NCBI GenBank assembly: GCA_014905635.1
Contig: JABVCE010000009.1
Span: 806,001 to 870,000 of the forward strand
Direction of reading: 5' to 3'
DNA: 64,000 bases
Origin: Scenedesmus sp. PABB004
Lineage: Eukaryota
The position numbers and the translations under genes are program-made. The notes under the pieces are model-generated. The model was not told the origin of the DNA, ran no database searches, and saw only the letters and a list, made by a program, of their open reading frames with translations. Of this stretch, positions 62,479-64,000 are shown piece after piece (position 1 is the stretch's first letter; each line of letters begins with the position of its first letter).

Positions 62479-63247
62479 GTGCTGCTGCGACGGCGGCGGG
62501 GGCCGCTGCGCCAGCTGCGGCGCCGCCCGCCCGCCGGCCGCCGCGCCACGCTGCTGCTGCTGCCCGCCGCCGCCGCTGCCGCGCGCCGCCTGCGCCTTGA
62601 GCGTGACCAGCTCGAGCCGCGACGCCGAGAGCTGCGCCGCGTGGCGCTTGAGCTCCGCCTGCGCCGTCTTGAAGAGGCTGCTCATGTTGGTCAGGAGCAC
62701 CAGGCGCTCCGCCGACAGCTGCTGCACCTGTGGCGGCCGCGGCAGGTCGGGGCGGCGCGGCCGCTGGCGGGCGACGCCGGGCCGGCCGCGCCGCCGCCGC
62801 ACCTGCGCGTCCCGCGCGGCCAGCTCGGCGCGCAGCTCGTCGAGCGCCGCATCGCGCGCCGCCAGCTCCTCCCGCAGCTGCGGCAGCGCCGGGGCGACCG
62901 GGCGTCGGCGCAAGCCAGGCCGGCCGGCGGCCGTGCCGCGCCGCCCCTGCGCCGCCGCCGCGCGGCGCGCACCTCAGCGAGCTGCTCGCGCTGCTGCCGC
63001 ACGACGATGCCCTCGCGCTCGGCGTCGCCGTCGTCCGCCCAGCCTGCGGAGCGGCGGTCCGGGTCGATCGCCACACGCCGGGCGGGCGGGCGCGGCCGCA
63101 GGGTGCCTCACCGCCCTCCAGGCCGGCGTAGAGGTCTGCGGCATCGTCAGACTCCGCTGCCGCCTCGCCGGCGGCCCCCGGCGGGAGGGGCGCGGTCGGG
63201 TCGGCCAGAATGCATTCTGGGGCCACTGGTGACGGCGCCAGCGCCAT
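62035..63247 (-). CDS. Coiled-coil protein resembling the FLASH/CASP8AP2 N-terminal domain, with Gln- and RS-rich tail
   Basis: Four exons joined by GT-AG introns give ADLYAGLEG...coiled coil...LLTNMSSLFKTAQAELKR, then poly-Q and KRSRSPSSRSPER. The family call is from remembered motifs only. Confidence 0.65.
62410..62475 (-). repeat. (CAG)22 poly-Gln tract
   Basis: Read directly as (CTG)n on the + strand. Confidence 0.88.
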
Positions 63248-63577
63248 GACCCGGGGCGCCGGGGATGCGCCCGGCGGGCGGCGGCGCCGGCAGCGGCCGC
63301 GGCAGCAGCTGGCGCGGTGCAGGCAGGGCCCGGCGGCGTGTCGTCGCCCCGGTGGGTGCCGTGGCTCTTTGTGCGCGGCAGCGGCTGCGGGGAGCGGCAC
63401 ACGGCATTGTGTCACGCTCGTGCCCGCCCAGTCGAACGCCGCCGGCGGCGGTGCGGCTCGCGCCGGCCAGAGTCCCCTGCGCAACGCGCATCCCTCTCGT
63501 CCCGGCACGCTGCCGGCTGGTGTCTGAGCCGGCCGTGAGGAAGCGCCGCCGCGGTCAACCCAATCGCCCGGCGGTCG

Positions 63578-64000
63578 ATGGGCTGCGCGCTGTCGCGCGG
63601 CCGCCGCCGCGCGCGCGCCTACGTGGCGCCGCGCGACGCCGGCGACGCGCCGCCGCCGCGCAAGGTGCGCCGGCAGCGTGCGCGCGGCGGCCGCGGCTCG
63701 CTCCCGTGCAGCCTGACCTCGCGCCGCTGCGCGCCCCGCAGGCCGCGCACCGCTGCTGCTGCATCACGGCGGACGCGCGGGAGCGGGCGGCAGCAGAAGC
63801 GGCGGCGCCGGCCGGCGGCGCCGCCGCGCTAGGGCCGCGCGCCGCGCCAGCTGCTGCTCCCCCCAGGCAGCGCCTGGACCAAGCCGACTTCACCTTCTCT
63901 GGCCTACGCGGCGCGACCGCCGTGAAGCTGCCGGGGTGCGCGCGCGCCCCTGCGCACGCCGCGCGGCAGCCCAGGCCCGCGGCACGCCGTCGCACGCCGC
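63578..64000 (+). CDS. RP2: 5' part of an RP2/XRP2 homolog (TBCC-domain ARL3 GAP)
   Basis: Exon 1 begins MGCALSR, a dual acylation motif. The exon at 63871-63935 reads RLDQADFTFSGLRGATAVKLPG, resembling the RP2 segment [20 protein letters not shown] as I recall it. The gene is truncated by the window end. Confidence 0.72.

Noticed and set aside
1..64000. Prokaryotic operon, defence-system or prophage interpretation
   Set aside because: Spliceosomal introns, eukaryote-specific genes (EPL1, RRN3, CFAP61) and TGTAA signals show this is algal nuclear DNA.

Overview
This is gene-dense, extremely GC-rich eukaryotic nuclear DNA with many short spliceosomal introns, TGTAA poly(A) signals and a TTTAGGG-type telomere motif. 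These features fit a chlorophycean green alga; a Sphaeropleales/Selenastraceae-like origin is my inference. Most ORFs in the supplied track are GC artefacts. Reading through introns gives about 21 protein genes, in order: subtilase (partial), PTOX, a hypothetical plastid protein, DUF3082, CFAP61, Enhancer of polycomb, parvulin PIN4, a secreted lysophospholipase-like protein, an Aurora-like kinase, an 83-aa coiled-coil protein, ABHD17, USP, SOUL, patatin, FEX/CrcB, a secreted Cys-rich/RCC1-repeat protein, a SEN1-like helicase, RRN3, FANCM (apparently ending in a PHD finger), a FLASH/CASP8AP2-N-like protein and RP2 (partial). The most notable observations are: (1) a ~600-bp inverted repeat bracketing the kinase, copied from the neighbouring gene's 3' end; (2) a lower-GC RCC1 island between direct repeats of the FEX 3' end; (3) a FLASH-like protein; (4) FANCM with a PHD finger and repeated [ST]Q-x-DVPLAQR motifs; (5) two cilium-associated genes; (6) many GC-AG introns; (7) telomeric repeats inside introns. 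All gene models were spliced by eye, family calls rest on remembered motifs, and no database search was run. I could not support any tRNA, rRNA, CRISPR array or transposase.
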